The position numbers were made by a program, and so were the translations under genes. Positions 9,764 to 18,943 of a stretch of 46,188 bases of DNA are shown here, piece after piece. Source of the DNA: Minisyncoccota bacterium (lineage in GTDB: Bacteria; Patescibacteriota; Minisyncoccia; 2-02-FULL-40-12; GWA2-44-9); assembly GCA_035524755.1 (NCBI GenBank), contig DATKOD010000006.1:1-46188 (forward strand), given 5' to 3'. The notes under the pieces are model-generated. The model was not told the origin of the DNA and searched no databases. It saw nothing but the letters and a program-made list of their open reading frames with translations. Each line of letters starts with the position of its first letter. Position 1 is the stretch's first letter.

Positions 9764-11425
9764 CTAGAACTCAGTCGGGTTGAGCATCGCACCCGATGTC
9801 GGCGGTTCGGACGTGTGTGCAGGAGGGAGTGGGACCTTGGGCCCCCTGAACTTCATGATGAGGATCGTGGCTCCAATCGCCAAGATGATCACGCCGAGGA
9901 TATACGGTGCCATAACCAGAAGGCGTTCCGCCAGCGAGATCCCCCTGATCACCGATGCCGGCTGGGCGACTTTCTGGTATACGCCAGCGTTGTTCGCATA
10001 GACGATGACCCGCGCGCCCGCCGGCACGTCGCCGACGTTCGCGATCGTGCCCGTGGTGTGGACGGTCCGGATAAGCGTACCGCCGCTTCCGATGACATCC
10101 ACGCGGTACCCGTCCGGCGCCTGGCCTGATGCTACGGGACTCCATTGTACATCCGTGCCCCCAGGTGTCGCTGGACCGACACTGATGGTTGGCATAGGTG
10201 TCGGGGACGTCGTCGCCGGGACCGGTGTCTGTGATGACTGCGGTACCGGGCTTACCGGCAGGGGTGTCGGTCGGGTGGTTAGGACGTCGATGCTCTCACT
10301 CGCCGTATTCCCCGAAGCGTCGCTTGTAAGGACTTTTACACGATAGCTCGTGTCCTGCGTCAATCCGCTCAGCGTGATGGCATGCTCCAATTCCAATGTT
10401 GCATCGGAATTTCCGGCTCCGAACACGAGATAGGGAAGTTGTAACGCAACAACGATGGCATTCGCGGCTTCATTCGTGGTCCATGCGACCGTGAATCCTG
10501 TACCGGTAACGTTCACCGTGCGGAGATCCGTAATGACGGGTTTGGTCGTATCCGGCGGCAGCACGGTCGGGGTCGCAGGTGCGGAAGGAACCGGTGTAGG
10601 CGTCGGAGGGGGTGTCTGGCCGACACCCAACGCGACGAACGAGCCATCCAATGAAGATGCATTCCCCCAGATATCGCGCGCGGTCAGTGTGAACCCGTAA
10701 GAGGTGCCGGGCTCCACGGCCAGGGTGACCGAACACAAACTGAGTGACGGCAGACAGCTTGAATACCCTCCGGTATAGGGAACCGTGGTCCCGTTGTAGA
10801 TGACTCGTGCATCTACGGGCTCGTTCGCGGTCCATGTGACCGCCGCGGTACCGGAAACCGGCTGCACGACTGCGAGGTTCGAAAGGATCGGGGGTGCATA
10901 CTCACGATTTTCATAGAGTGCGTATTTGAACCCGAAGGTCTTGTCTTCCCCGTTGATGCGCGCCTGTCCGGTAGAGTACTGCAGCTGCGGTTGGGCGTTG
11001 TGGGCAAGGAGCGGGATCGTTCCTGCCTCGTACAATCGGAGGCCAACGAGTCCCGAGCTTACCCGTAGGATATACGGGGATCCGCCCGCCACAGAGAACT
11101 GGTTCGGAAAACCGATATGGAAGCGCGTGCCGCCGGGAGAATCCGCGACGGCCGGGAGCGACAGTGTGGATTCCGTGAGTTCGGTGCCGGAAGGATCGAA
11201 CAGACTGAATGTCGCGCTGCCGACGGTTCCGCCGGTGCTCAACCACAGGTCCATTCCGGAAAGGAATTCATTGAGCGGCAGGAACACTTCGTCGACGCTT
11301 CCACCGACGCTGTTCACGAGAATAGGCTCCGAATATCCCGGATCGAATTCGAAATACGGTGTTGCCGCGTGCGCAACGGTAGGGAACAGCGACAGTGCGA
11401 CGATTGACCCGATGAGCCATTTCAC
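9764..11425 (-). CDS. Large secreted, C-terminally anchored surface protein with Fn3-like repeats and Pro/Thr linkers (553 aa from GTG 11425; the ORF track starts at TTG 11446)
   Basis: From GTG 11425 the N-terminus is MKWLIGSIVALSLFPTVAHA|ATPY, a signal peptide. Repeated beta-sandwich-like blocks are present (AAVTWTANEPVDARVIY; FTVAWTTNEAANAIVV; YRVKVLTSDASGN). PT-rich linkers and a C-terminal TM helix (YILGVIILAIGATILIMKF). TGgTATACT lies 6 nt upstream of the GTG. Confidence 0.65.
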   Translation of the reverse strand: MKWLIGSIVALSLFPTVAHAATPYFEFDPGYSEPILVNSVGGSVDEVFLPLNEFLSGMDLWLSTGGTVGSATFSLFDPSGTELTESTLSLPAVADSPGGTRFHIGFPNQFSVAGGSPYILRVSSGLVGLRLYEAGTIPLLAHNAQPQLQYSTGQARINGEDKTFGFKYALYENREYAPPILSNLAVVQPVSGTAAVTWTANEPVDARVIYNGTTVPYTGGYSSCLPSLSLCSVTLAVEPGTSYGFTLTARDIWGNASSLDGSFVALGVGQTPPPTPTPVPSAPATPTVLPPDTTKPVITDLRTVNVTGTGFTVAWTTNEAANAIVVALQLPYLVFGAGNSDATLELEHAITLSGLTQDTSYRVKVLTSDASGNTASESIDVLTTRPTPLPVSPVPQSSQTPVPATTSPTPMPTISVGPATPGGTDVQWSPVASGQAPDGYRVDVIGSGGTLIRTVHTTGTIANVGDVPAGARVIVYANNAGVYQKVAQPASVIRGISLAERLLVMAPYILGVIILAIGATILIMKFRGPKVPLPPAHTSEPPTSGAMLNPTEF

Positions 11426-11441
11426 CAGCCAAGTATACCAT

Positions 11442-11472
11442 GACAAAACGCCCCGGGATGGGGCGTTTTGTC
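11442..11472 (-). terminator. 13-bp hairpin between the major pilin gene and the surface-protein gene (likely pilin terminator)
   Basis: gacaaaacgcccc-gggat-ggggcgttttgtc. It begins 14 nt downstream of the pilin stop on the minus strand. Confidence 0.55.
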
Positions 11473-11485
11473 ATGACAGGGACTA

Positions 11486-11935
11486 TTATCGGGTGACCGA
11501 GATGACTTCGCCGAGCTCCGCGTACGGCGCGTCGACCGTGATGCGGCCCGTCGTCGAGTCTCGCTGGATCGTGTAGCCGGTCGATGCCGTGGAGGCGCTC
11601 GGTGCGGACGGATCAACGACCATCACCGATACGTACGTCGGGACGACGCAGGATGCGAGGTCGAAGTTCGACGTACCGATGGTCGTAGCTGTGGTCGGAA
11701 GCGGTGTCGGGCAGCCTCCGGTGGAGACCCACACTCCACGGTTGTCGGCCATGCGCTGACCAACCGCGTTCAGAAGCGTGTTGACGTTGCTCCAGCGCTG
11801 GGTGTTGCGTGCCTGCGCGAACTGCCGTGCCGGGTTCAGTGCGACGATGACCACTGCCGCCAAGATGGCGATGATACCGATGACGACCAAGAGTTCGATA
11901 AGGGTGAAACCCTTCTGCTTCTTCAGTTGTTTCAT
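11486..11935 (-). CDS. Type IV major pilin candidate (149 aa)
   Basis: MKQLKKQKG|FTLIELLVVIGIIAILAAVV: class III signal peptide with G-1, F+1, E+5. Last and shortest prepilin gene of the operon, with its own TATAAT box (plus coordinates 12032-12037) and a roughly 95-nt leader. Confidence 0.85.
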   Translation of the reverse strand: MKQLKKQKGFTLIELLVVIGIIAILAAVVIVALNPARQFAQARNTQRWSNVNTLLNAVGQRMADNRGVWVSTGGCPTPLPTTATTIGTSNFDLASCVVPTYVSVMVVDPSAPSASTASTGYTIQRDSTTGRITVDAPYAELGEVISVTR

Positions 11936-12064
11936 GCGGATAAGGATATTGAGATTAGTGGATACGAACGAGATTTTTGCGCTGCGGCGCCATGCATGGA
12001 GCGCCTCAACGCTATCGACCTTACTCCCTTCATTATACTGCAATGTCCAAACCGATTATCCACA

Positions 12065-13486
12065 TTACTTTGCCTCGTTCCAGAAAATGGGCGTGTAGTA
12101 GTCGGCGGTCAAGGGGAAATCGGGCGGAGGTCCGTAGAGCATATTGGCGTCGTAGATGATGGTCCGGGTGTTATATCCCGTCCCATCGGTGTATGCCCAT
12201 CCGTAGCGCGCATATGAGCCGATCATGCCGTAGCTCGTGATGGAACTCCGTTTGTAGTAGGTCGTACACGATGAACCGTAATAATAGCGCCCGATACGGC
12301 CGTTCTGCGCCATGAGTGCCGCATCCATGCGCAGCGTGTCATCCGAAACGAACCCCACGTTGATATCCTGCTGAGCAATCAGTGATATGACATCTGAGCC
12401 GTCATATTTCGAATAGAGCAGATTGTGATTGACGGTGATGCTGGAACGCGTGGACGGCTTGTCGGGAAACCGGCCCGAAGCGACGGTCACCCGCGCACCA
12501 TTGATTTGGCCGCTCACCCAAACGTTATCCTCGACGAATATGACGCCATGGGGCGGTATTGGGGCGTTTTTGATCTTCGTTTCCGTCTGTACGCTCCACG
12601 TCCCCCACCCGGTCTGGCTCTGACTGTTGGTGCAATTCCTTGGAGCGGCGGTCAGTGCGGTGACCTTGTAGATGTCATAGGTGTTGTTCGTCTTGAAAAT
12701 GATGTCGTAGCCCTGTGCGCTCGATGACGCGTAATATGAGCCGTCCGCTTTTGCCTGTGTCTTCATGGTGCTCAGGTCCTGTGTGATGCCGACGAAATCC
12801 GCCGGTGCCACCGGGAATTGCCTCCCTGCCATGAAGACATCGGGGCGGTTCGGAACGGCGGCCGGCGGGAACGGATCCTGGGGGGCGACACGGGTATACA
12901 CGCCGAATACCGGGGGCTCGCTATAGTCAGGATCGGTATAGGTCGCGACCGCGCTCGACACGAGGTTATGTGCGACCCCATCCATATGGATGCCCCCATT
13001 CGACTGTACGGGTCCGTACAGCACGGTCCCTGCCCCGAAGCGCACGTCGCTGCCGATGATGGCAGCATACTTCGCGAACGAGGGGATCGCCATCTTCGCC
13101 TCGATGATCTTGGTGATGGGCGGATTGATGGTCGGGGATCCGGTGGAGTCCACGGTGACGACCGTCGAACCGGTGGGCGGCGGGGCGATGTTCAGTGAAA
13201 ATGTACCGACCGGGTTCCCGTCCTTATCGTAGAACGTATGCACGTACGGACCGGCATGATTGGTGCCGTCCTGGTAGTCCTGTTGCGCGTGTGCAAGGTG
13301 CCATCGATAGTATTCGATTCCTGATTCGGCCGACATGAATGCCTGCGACTGGTCAGCATCCCGGAACACGGCATTCAGGTTGTAGCTCGCCCATATGACG
13401 AATCCTGACAGGACGATCATAGACACCGCGCTGAAGACCAGCACGATGAGCGTCGTTTGACCGGCTTGTCGCAGGTTCGCGTTCAT
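12065..13486 (-). CDS. PilX-N-like pilus-associated protein (473 aa)
   Basis: N-terminus MNANLRQAGQTTLIVLVFSAVSMIVLSGF resembles the PilX N-terminal hydrophobic segment but has no E+5. Large beta-rich ectodomain. Its start overlaps the upstream gene's stop by 4 nt. Confidence 0.55.
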   Translation of the reverse strand: MNANLRQAGQTTLIVLVFSAVSMIVLSGFVIWASYNLNAVFRDADQSQAFMSAESGIEYYRWHLAHAQQDYQDGTNHAGPYVHTFYDKDGNPVGTFSLNIAPPPTGSTVVTVDSTGSPTINPPITKIIEAKMAIPSFAKYAAIIGSDVRFGAGTVLYGPVQSNGGIHMDGVAHNLVSSAVATYTDPDYSEPPVFGVYTRVAPQDPFPPAAVPNRPDVFMAGRQFPVAPADFVGITQDLSTMKTQAKADGSYYASSSAQGYDIIFKTNNTYDIYKVTALTAAPRNCTNSQSQTGWGTWSVQTETKIKNAPIPPHGVIFVEDNVWVSGQINGARVTVASGRFPDKPSTRSSITVNHNLLYSKYDGSDVISLIAQQDINVGFVSDDTLRMDAALMAQNGRIGRYYYGSSCTTYYKRSSITSYGMIGSYARYGWAYTDGTGYNTRTIIYDANMLYGPPPDFPLTADYYTPIFWNEAK

Positions 13487-14091
13487 ATCTCACCCCGTAA
13501 ATTACGGATCGTCACCATGGTGGACAGAGTCACGGGTCCCGGGGGCGAGCCCGGCACTTCGTCGACCGTTCCGGTGACTTGGATCATGCGGATAGCCGAA
13601 ACATCGACGGGTGACGCGAGCGGACCGATCTCCGGCGCGTAGCCCTCGGCGAAGTACTGGAACAGGGTAGCGTTGCGGACGTAATGAACGACATCGGTGA
13701 CTTTCTCGTCCGATGCGTTATAGACCACCGGATTGGCACCGCTGGATTTCGTGACACCTTTTTCGAGCGTCGTGCCGTTCAGGAAATACCGGACCTGTTC
13801 GAATTTTCCGTCGCCGTCGACGTCGGAATAAAACGTGAATGTCGTAGGGGTCGCGGTGACGATGTCATAGGAGCCGTTGTCTCCGGGTCCCATTGAGCGG
13901 ACTTCCGATAACATGACCCGGAGCGTCAGTTCGAGCTCACGTTCGGTGTCCAGCCGTTGGTTGATGACCGATCCGAAGTTCGAGATGTCCAGTGCGAAAT
14001 AGGCGACCAGCACGAGGGTCATCGTGCTGATGGTGAGCGCGATGAGCAGTTCGATGAGCGTGATACCGGCTTGTCGGGGCGCGGGCCTCAT
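13483..14091 (-). CDS. Prepilin-type minor pilin / pseudopilin (202 aa)
   Basis: MRPAPRQAG|ITLIELLIALTIS from ATG 14091. The ORF-track extension to 14559 is antisense or alternate-frame of the upstream gene and is rejected. Confidence 0.75.
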   Translation of the reverse strand: MRPAPRQAGITLIELLIALTISTMTLVLVAYFALDISNFGSVINQRLDTERELELTLRVMLSEVRSMGPGDNGSYDIVTATPTTFTFYSDVDGDGKFEQVRYFLNGTTLEKGVTKSSGANPVVYNASDEKVTDVVHYVRNATLFQYFAEGYAPEIGPLASPVDVSAIRMIQVTGTVDEVPGSPPGPVTLSTMVTIRNLRGEI

Positions 14092-15758
14092 GGTGAGAGC
14101 GTGATCGGGATCCGCTGCCAGGAGCTGTCGACCGTCACTGACCCGGAATACGGCTGATACCCGGGCAGCGATACGTTCAGTGTGGCCGTACCCGATGGTA
14201 TGGCGTTCAGGTAAGCGGCACCCGGCACAAGGCATCCGGACGAGAAACCGATGGACACGGTGTTGACCATGGGCGAAACTCGCGGGTCCGCGGTCTGCAG
14301 GAACGCCCGGTAGCGGAAATACCGTTTTCCTGACAGACCGGCGAGGCCGCTCGGGTCGATGAAGTTCCATGTCGCATCGTCGTTGTTCGCCGCGATTTGG
14401 AATTGCACGCTTCCGGTACCGGTCCGCGGATCCTGCGATGCGGGCGTCCAACCGAAGGTCGTGAACGACGTGCTGGAGTTTCCAAGGTCGAACGTAGGCG
14501 AATCGAATTCCTGTGCGGCACTCGCGTATGTCCCGTCCGGCAACGGTGTAAGCGCCCATGGGGTAGTCAGGTTGCCGAATGTTGACCGTCCCGAAACCGC
14601 GGTCTGGTCATACCCCGTGGCAGTGACGTGCACGGTCGCACCGTTGAGCGGATTCCCGTATGCATCCATGACGGATACCGAGAGCGCATTTCCCGATTTC
14701 CGCTCTGCTTCCCACGTATATCCGACTGCGCCTCCGGGATTCACCGAAAAAGACAGTGAAGAAGGAACCCCGCCGATGTCCCATGTCGGATCGGTCGGGC
14801 GGAGCGTATACGTGTCCCATTCGATCGCATTGTTGGACCAGGAGCCGTCGGCACCCGTCGCGAGGTTCTGACTGTATTTCGGTACGTCCGGTTGCGTGCC
14901 GATGAGTTTGGTGCCGGTGAGGGCGAACGCCATGTTCGGTACCGGTGCGCAGAATCGGTCATGGGCATTCACGACGACACTCGAGACCTTGTCGATGCTC
15001 AGTGTCGTGATGGTCAATTGCTGTGTCGCGACCGTCACATCCGGCTTCACCGGATTCGCGGGATTTCCGGGCGGATATGTCTGATCCGTGGTGTATCCGG
15101 GCTCACTGACCACGATATGATATGCAGCGGACCCCGTGGCAGCTCCCACGAGCTGGAGCTGACCGATGTTGTTCGTGATGTCGGTCAGGTCTATGGCGGG
15201 TTTGGCTGAGGGGTCGGTCACGTGTACCGTGACGCCCTGGAGCGGATTGCCGGAAGCGTCCAGCACGCGGATGAACAGATTACCGTTCTTCGAAGTGCTT
15301 TCCAGATTCTTCGGTGCGACCAGGGTCGCCAGTGAGATGACTTTGTAGCGTGCACAGGAATCACAGGTGACCTGGAATTCAACGAGTTTATAATCGGCAG
15401 GCGTCGTGTCATTCGGTGTGCCACCGGCAGTGCCGTCAAAAGGATCGTCGATATTCCGGACGTAGGCGTGGAGTTGGAACGGAGTGTTGTCCAGTGTCAC
15501 GGTCTGCACCTGCGGGATCTTGCCCGCCGGGATTCCGCCGACAGTGCCGACATCCTCATAGCGCATATTCCGGACTGATTCGACGTTGCTCTCGATGAGC
15601 GACACGGCGGCACTGTTGTACTGAGCCGATTGGATGATCTCGGCGACGTTACCGTAGGAGAAGAATATCGCCACCGAAACGGTCGCGAAGATGGCCAGTC
15701 CGATGAGCACTTCCAGGAGCGTGAAACCGGATTGTGTCCCTCCGATGCGCATCGTCAA
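14088..15758 (-). CDS. Giant prepilin-type protein (556 aa): minor pilin with large beta-sandwich ectodomains, candidate tip adhesin
   Basis: MTMRIGGTQSG|FTLLEVLIGLAIFATV cleavage/methylation motif. Repeated segments GNPLQGVTVHVTDPS and GNPLNGATVHVTATG resemble carboxypeptidase-regulatory/Ig-like folds. Start overlaps the pilC stop (ATGA). Confidence 0.75.
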   Translation of the reverse strand: MTMRIGGTQSGFTLLEVLIGLAIFATVSVAIFFSYGNVAEIIQSAQYNSAAVSLIESNVESVRNMRYEDVGTVGGIPAGKIPQVQTVTLDNTPFQLHAYVRNIDDPFDGTAGGTPNDTTPADYKLVEFQVTCDSCARYKVISLATLVAPKNLESTSKNGNLFIRVLDASGNPLQGVTVHVTDPSAKPAIDLTDITNNIGQLQLVGAATGSAAYHIVVSEPGYTTDQTYPPGNPANPVKPDVTVATQQLTITTLSIDKVSSVVVNAHDRFCAPVPNMAFALTGTKLIGTQPDVPKYSQNLATGADGSWSNNAIEWDTYTLRPTDPTWDIGGVPSSLSFSVNPGGAVGYTWEAERKSGNALSVSVMDAYGNPLNGATVHVTATGYDQTAVSGRSTFGNLTTPWALTPLPDGTYASAAQEFDSPTFDLGNSSTSFTTFGWTPASQDPRTGTGSVQFQIAANNDDATWNFIDPSGLAGLSGKRYFRYRAFLQTADPRVSPMVNTVSIGFSSGCLVPGAAYLNAIPSGTATLNVSLPGYQPYSGSVTVDSSWQRIPITLSP

Positions 15759-16822
15759 CGACCCAACGTTTGAGAAATCGCGTAGATGGGCGTGATGATG
15801 GAGAGTGCGACGAATAGGACGATGCCTCCCATGACCAGCAGCATCGCCGGTTCCAGGACGTTGGAGAGCGACTTCGTGGAGCTGTCCAGTTCTCCTTCGT
15901 AGAAATCGGCCAGGAAAACGAGTGTCTCGTCCAATTTGCCGGTGTTTTCGCCAACCGCGGTCATCTGCGAGAACGAGGGCGGGAATAGGTCGTGCCGTTC
16001 GATCATCAGTTTGGAGAGCGTTTCACCGCGCTGCACCGACTTCGAAATCTCGATCAACTCATCCCGATAGACCAGGTTCGTCAGCGTGCTCGATGTGATC
16101 TCCAGCGCCTGCACGATCTTCACGCCGCCTCGCAGCAATAGATTCAACGTACGTGCGATGTTGATGGCGTTCACTTCCATGGACAAGCGGCCGATGAGCG
16201 GTATTTTCAGCATGATCGCGTGCCACGACTTCCGAATGCTCCGGATGCGCAACAGGAGGAACGTCCCGATTGCGACGACGAGGATGAACAGCGCGATGTA
16301 CACGATGTATGACTCCAGGAATGACGTCAGGGCGATGAAGATGCGCGTCGTGATCGGCAGCGGGACGTTCAAGCTCAGCAGGACGGGGAGGATCTTCGGG
16401 AAAATGTAAAATGACATGACGCCAGTGATACCGAATGTCGCGAAGAAGATGATGATCGGGTACGCCATAGCGCCGCGGATCTTGCTCCTCAATTCCGCCT
16501 GTTTGCCGAGCTCCTCGGCTAGGTATTTGAAATTTTCCGACAGTGTTCCCGAAGTCTCACCCACGCGAACCAGGTTGATGAAGAAATCACCGAAGATGTC
16601 ATGATATCGTTCCATGCCCACGGACAAGAAATGGCCGTTCTTAACGTCATCGATGAGCGAGTCCAGGATCCGCAGGAACGGCTTTGACGTCGTCTGCTTG
16701 CGCAGCGAATCCAACGCGTCGATGATCTGCATGCCTGACCGCGTCATCATGTCCATGTGACGCGCGAACAGCATCTTGTCCTTGGTGCTGAGCCGGAAGA
16801 ACAGGTCGTTCAGGGATGCCAT
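15755..16822 (-). CDS. pilC: Type IV pilus platform protein PilC (GspF family)
   Basis: Two T2SS-F repeats (FARHMDMMTRSGMQIIDAL...; FSQMTAVGENTGKLDETL) and three or more TM segments. 355 aa. Confidence 0.9.
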   Translation of the reverse strand: MASLNDLFFRLSTKDKMLFARHMDMMTRSGMQIIDALDSLRKQTTSKPFLRILDSLIDDVKNGHFLSVGMERYHDIFGDFFINLVRVGETSGTLSENFKYLAEELGKQAELRSKIRGAMAYPIIIFFATFGITGVMSFYIFPKILPVLLSLNVPLPITTRIFIALTSFLESYIVYIALFILVVAIGTFLLLRIRSIRKSWHAIMLKIPLIGRLSMEVNAINIARTLNLLLRGGVKIVQALEITSSTLTNLVYRDELIEISKSVQRGETLSKLMIERHDLFPPSFSQMTAVGENTGKLDETLVFLADFYEGELDSSTKSLSNVLEPAMLLVMGGIVLFVALSIITPIYAISQTLGR

Positions 16823-16823
16823 G

Positions 16824-18545
16824 TCACTCGTGGATGACCCGCAGGATCTCCTCGATGGTCGTCAGGCCTGCGACGGCTTTCGTGAATCCGTCCTCCAACA
16901 ACGTCGTCATACCGTTCTTGACCGCGATCTTCTTGACTTCGCCGGCATCAGCGTGACGCATGACCGCTTCACGGATGAAATCATTGACTTCCAGCACCTC
17001 GTAGATGCCCATGCGTCCCAGGTAGCCGGTGTCGTGGCATACAGCGCATCCTTTGCCCTGGAAGAAATCGCGGTGGTCATCCAGGAGCTCTGCAGGGATA
17101 GTGTCTTTCAGCGCGCTGAACTCGCCTTCCGTGATGCGGCGCGGTTCCTTGCAGTGCGGACAGATCATGCGCACCAGACGCTGACCGAGCGCGACATTGA
17201 CGGTCGAGGCGACCAGGAACGGTTCGACGCTCATATCCAGAAGGCGGGGGAGTGTCGTGGCGGCATCGTTGGTATGCAGGGTTGCCAGCAATTTATGCCC
17301 GGTCAGTGCCGCATTGACCGCGATGGAGGCCGTCTCTTCATCACGGATCTCACCGACCATGATGATGTTCGGGTCCTGCCGCAGGATTGAACGCAACCCG
17401 ACTGCGAACGTGAGACCGGTTCGTTGGTTCACCTGGATCTGGTCGACGCCCTCCAGTGAATACTCGATCGGGTCTTCTAGGGTAATGATCTGCACTTCAC
17501 GGGTATTGAGCTCTTTGAGGATCGTATACAGTGTCGTAGTTTTTCCTGAACCGGTCGGTCCGGTCGCCAGGATCATGCCGTAGGGCGTCTGGACGGCTTT
17601 GCGGATCTTCTTACGGTCCGAGTCCGAGAATGCCAGATCATCGAGCGAGCTGATGGCCGTTTGCTCGGCCAACAGCCGCAGTACAGCATTCTCGCCGTAG
17701 TACGTAGGAACGACCGAAACTCGGACATCGAACTGCTTGTCGGGATCAGTGACGCGCATCCGGAACCTGCCATCCTGCGCCGCCTGGTGTTCGTCGGTGC
17801 GCATGCCGGCGAGTACTTTGATGCGGGTGATGATGCCTGAGTGCAGGGATTTCGGAAATCTGAAGACATCGTTGAGGATCCCATCGATACGCATCCGCGC
17901 GATGAACTCGTTTTCGACGGGTTCCATGTGCACATCTGAGGCGCGCACCAAGAACCCGTACGTCATCATGTCATCAACGAGTTTGATGATGGAGATCTGT
18001 GCCTCCGGCTGCTTGAGCGTTTCGGTCATTTCGGCGAGCAGTTTCGCCGCGCGTACGGACAGATCCTGTCCCCCGGCCTGCAGTCCCGATGCACGTTCCA
18101 GGAGCGTCGTCTTGCCGTCCTTCGGTGGTGTGTCCGGAACGGTCGCTCCGGAACCTTCCGGCGCTTTCCCGGTGACGAGCTGAACGGCGCGGGCGACGAT
18201 ATCGCCGGATGATGTGTCGCCCTTGATGAGGATATCGGTCGCGCCGAGTTTCCGGGCGCGCTCGTCATCTTCTTTCTGGTCCGAATTGAACAGCAGCAGA
18301 ATGGGAACTTCCGCGGACGCCTTCCGGATTCCTTCGAGTGTTTTCCAGCCGTCGAGTTTGCCCGCAAGTGGCAGATCCAGAAGCACGAGCGCTGGGGCCT
18401 CCTTCTGCAGTTCAGCAAGACCGGTCTCACCGTCCGACGCGATCGTCGCGGGCAGGTCCTGATGGCCCAAGCGCTCGGCGAGCAGCTGGGCCATGAAGAA
18501 GTTGTCTTCGATGATGAGAATCTGCGATGACTTACCCTTTGGCAT
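16824..18545 (-). CDS. pilB: PilB/GspE-family assembly ATPase with an N-terminal response-regulator receiver (REC) domain (573 aa)
   Basis: The C-terminal two-thirds carries VHMEP, Walker A GPTGSGKTTTLY, the GEIRD Asp box and the tetra-Cys CPHC...CAVC. The N-terminal ~125 aa reads ILIIEDN...LVLLDLPL..LDG...ILLLFNS...ILIKGD, which is REC topology with the acidic pair, phospho-Asp and Lys positions. ATG 18545 overlaps the upstream regulator's 3' end by 14 nt. Confidence 0.85.
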   Translation of the reverse strand: MPKGKSSQILIIEDNFFMAQLLAERLGHQDLPATIASDGETGLAELQKEAPALVLLDLPLAGKLDGWKTLEGIRKASAEVPILLLFNSDQKEDDERARKLGATDILIKGDTSSGDIVARAVQLVTGKAPEGSGATVPDTPPKDGKTTLLERASGLQAGGQDLSVRAAKLLAEMTETLKQPEAQISIIKLVDDMMTYGFLVRASDVHMEPVENEFIARMRIDGILNDVFRFPKSLHSGIITRIKVLAGMRTDEHQAAQDGRFRMRVTDPDKQFDVRVSVVPTYYGENAVLRLLAEQTAISSLDDLAFSDSDRKKIRKAVQTPYGMILATGPTGSGKTTTLYTILKELNTREVQIITLEDPIEYSLEGVDQIQVNQRTGLTFAVGLRSILRQDPNIIMVGEIRDEETASIAVNAALTGHKLLATLHTNDAATTLPRLLDMSVEPFLVASTVNVALGQRLVRMICPHCKEPRRITEGEFSALKDTIPAELLDDHRDFFQGKGCAVCHDTGYLGRMGIYEVLEVNDFIREAVMRHADAGEVKKIAVKNGMTTLLEDGFTKAVAGLTTIEEILRVIHE

Positions 18546-18936
18546 TGAGCAGTTGCTGAATCTTGCCGACGATCTTGCCGAGATCCTCGCTCTTCTTAAG
18601 ATAGTCCACGGCGCCCATTTCTCGGGCGTACTTCTGGTCGATCCAGGCGTTGATCTCTTCCTCTTCACCGAAGTTGGAGAGGAAGACGACCTTCGTGTCC
18701 TTCAATGCCGGGTCCTCCTTGATCTTGGTGATGGCCTCGGTCCCCGACATGACCGGCATACGGACATCCATGACGATGAGGTCCGGATGCTCTTTCTTGG
18801 CACTCTCGATCGCCTCTTTGCCGTTGGCCGCGCTCTGGACGCGCATACCGGCGGCTTCAAGTTTGGTACTCAGGATGCTGATGATATCCGGTTCGTCATC
18901 GACGACCAGTATCAGCGGTTGGTTTGAATCGCTCAT
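18532..18936 (-). CDS. Single-domain CheY-like response regulator (134 aa)
   Basis: LILVVDDEPDI...DLIVMDVRMPVMSG...KVVFLSN...YLKK. No output domain. Confidence 0.9.
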   Translation of the reverse strand: MSDSNQPLILVVDDEPDIISILSTKLEAAGMRVQSAANGKEAIESAKKEHPDLIVMDVRMPVMSGTEAITKIKEDPALKDTKVVFLSNFGEEEEINAWIDQKYAREMGAVDYLKKSEDLGKIVGKIQQLLNAKG

Positions 18937-18943
18937 AGTATGG

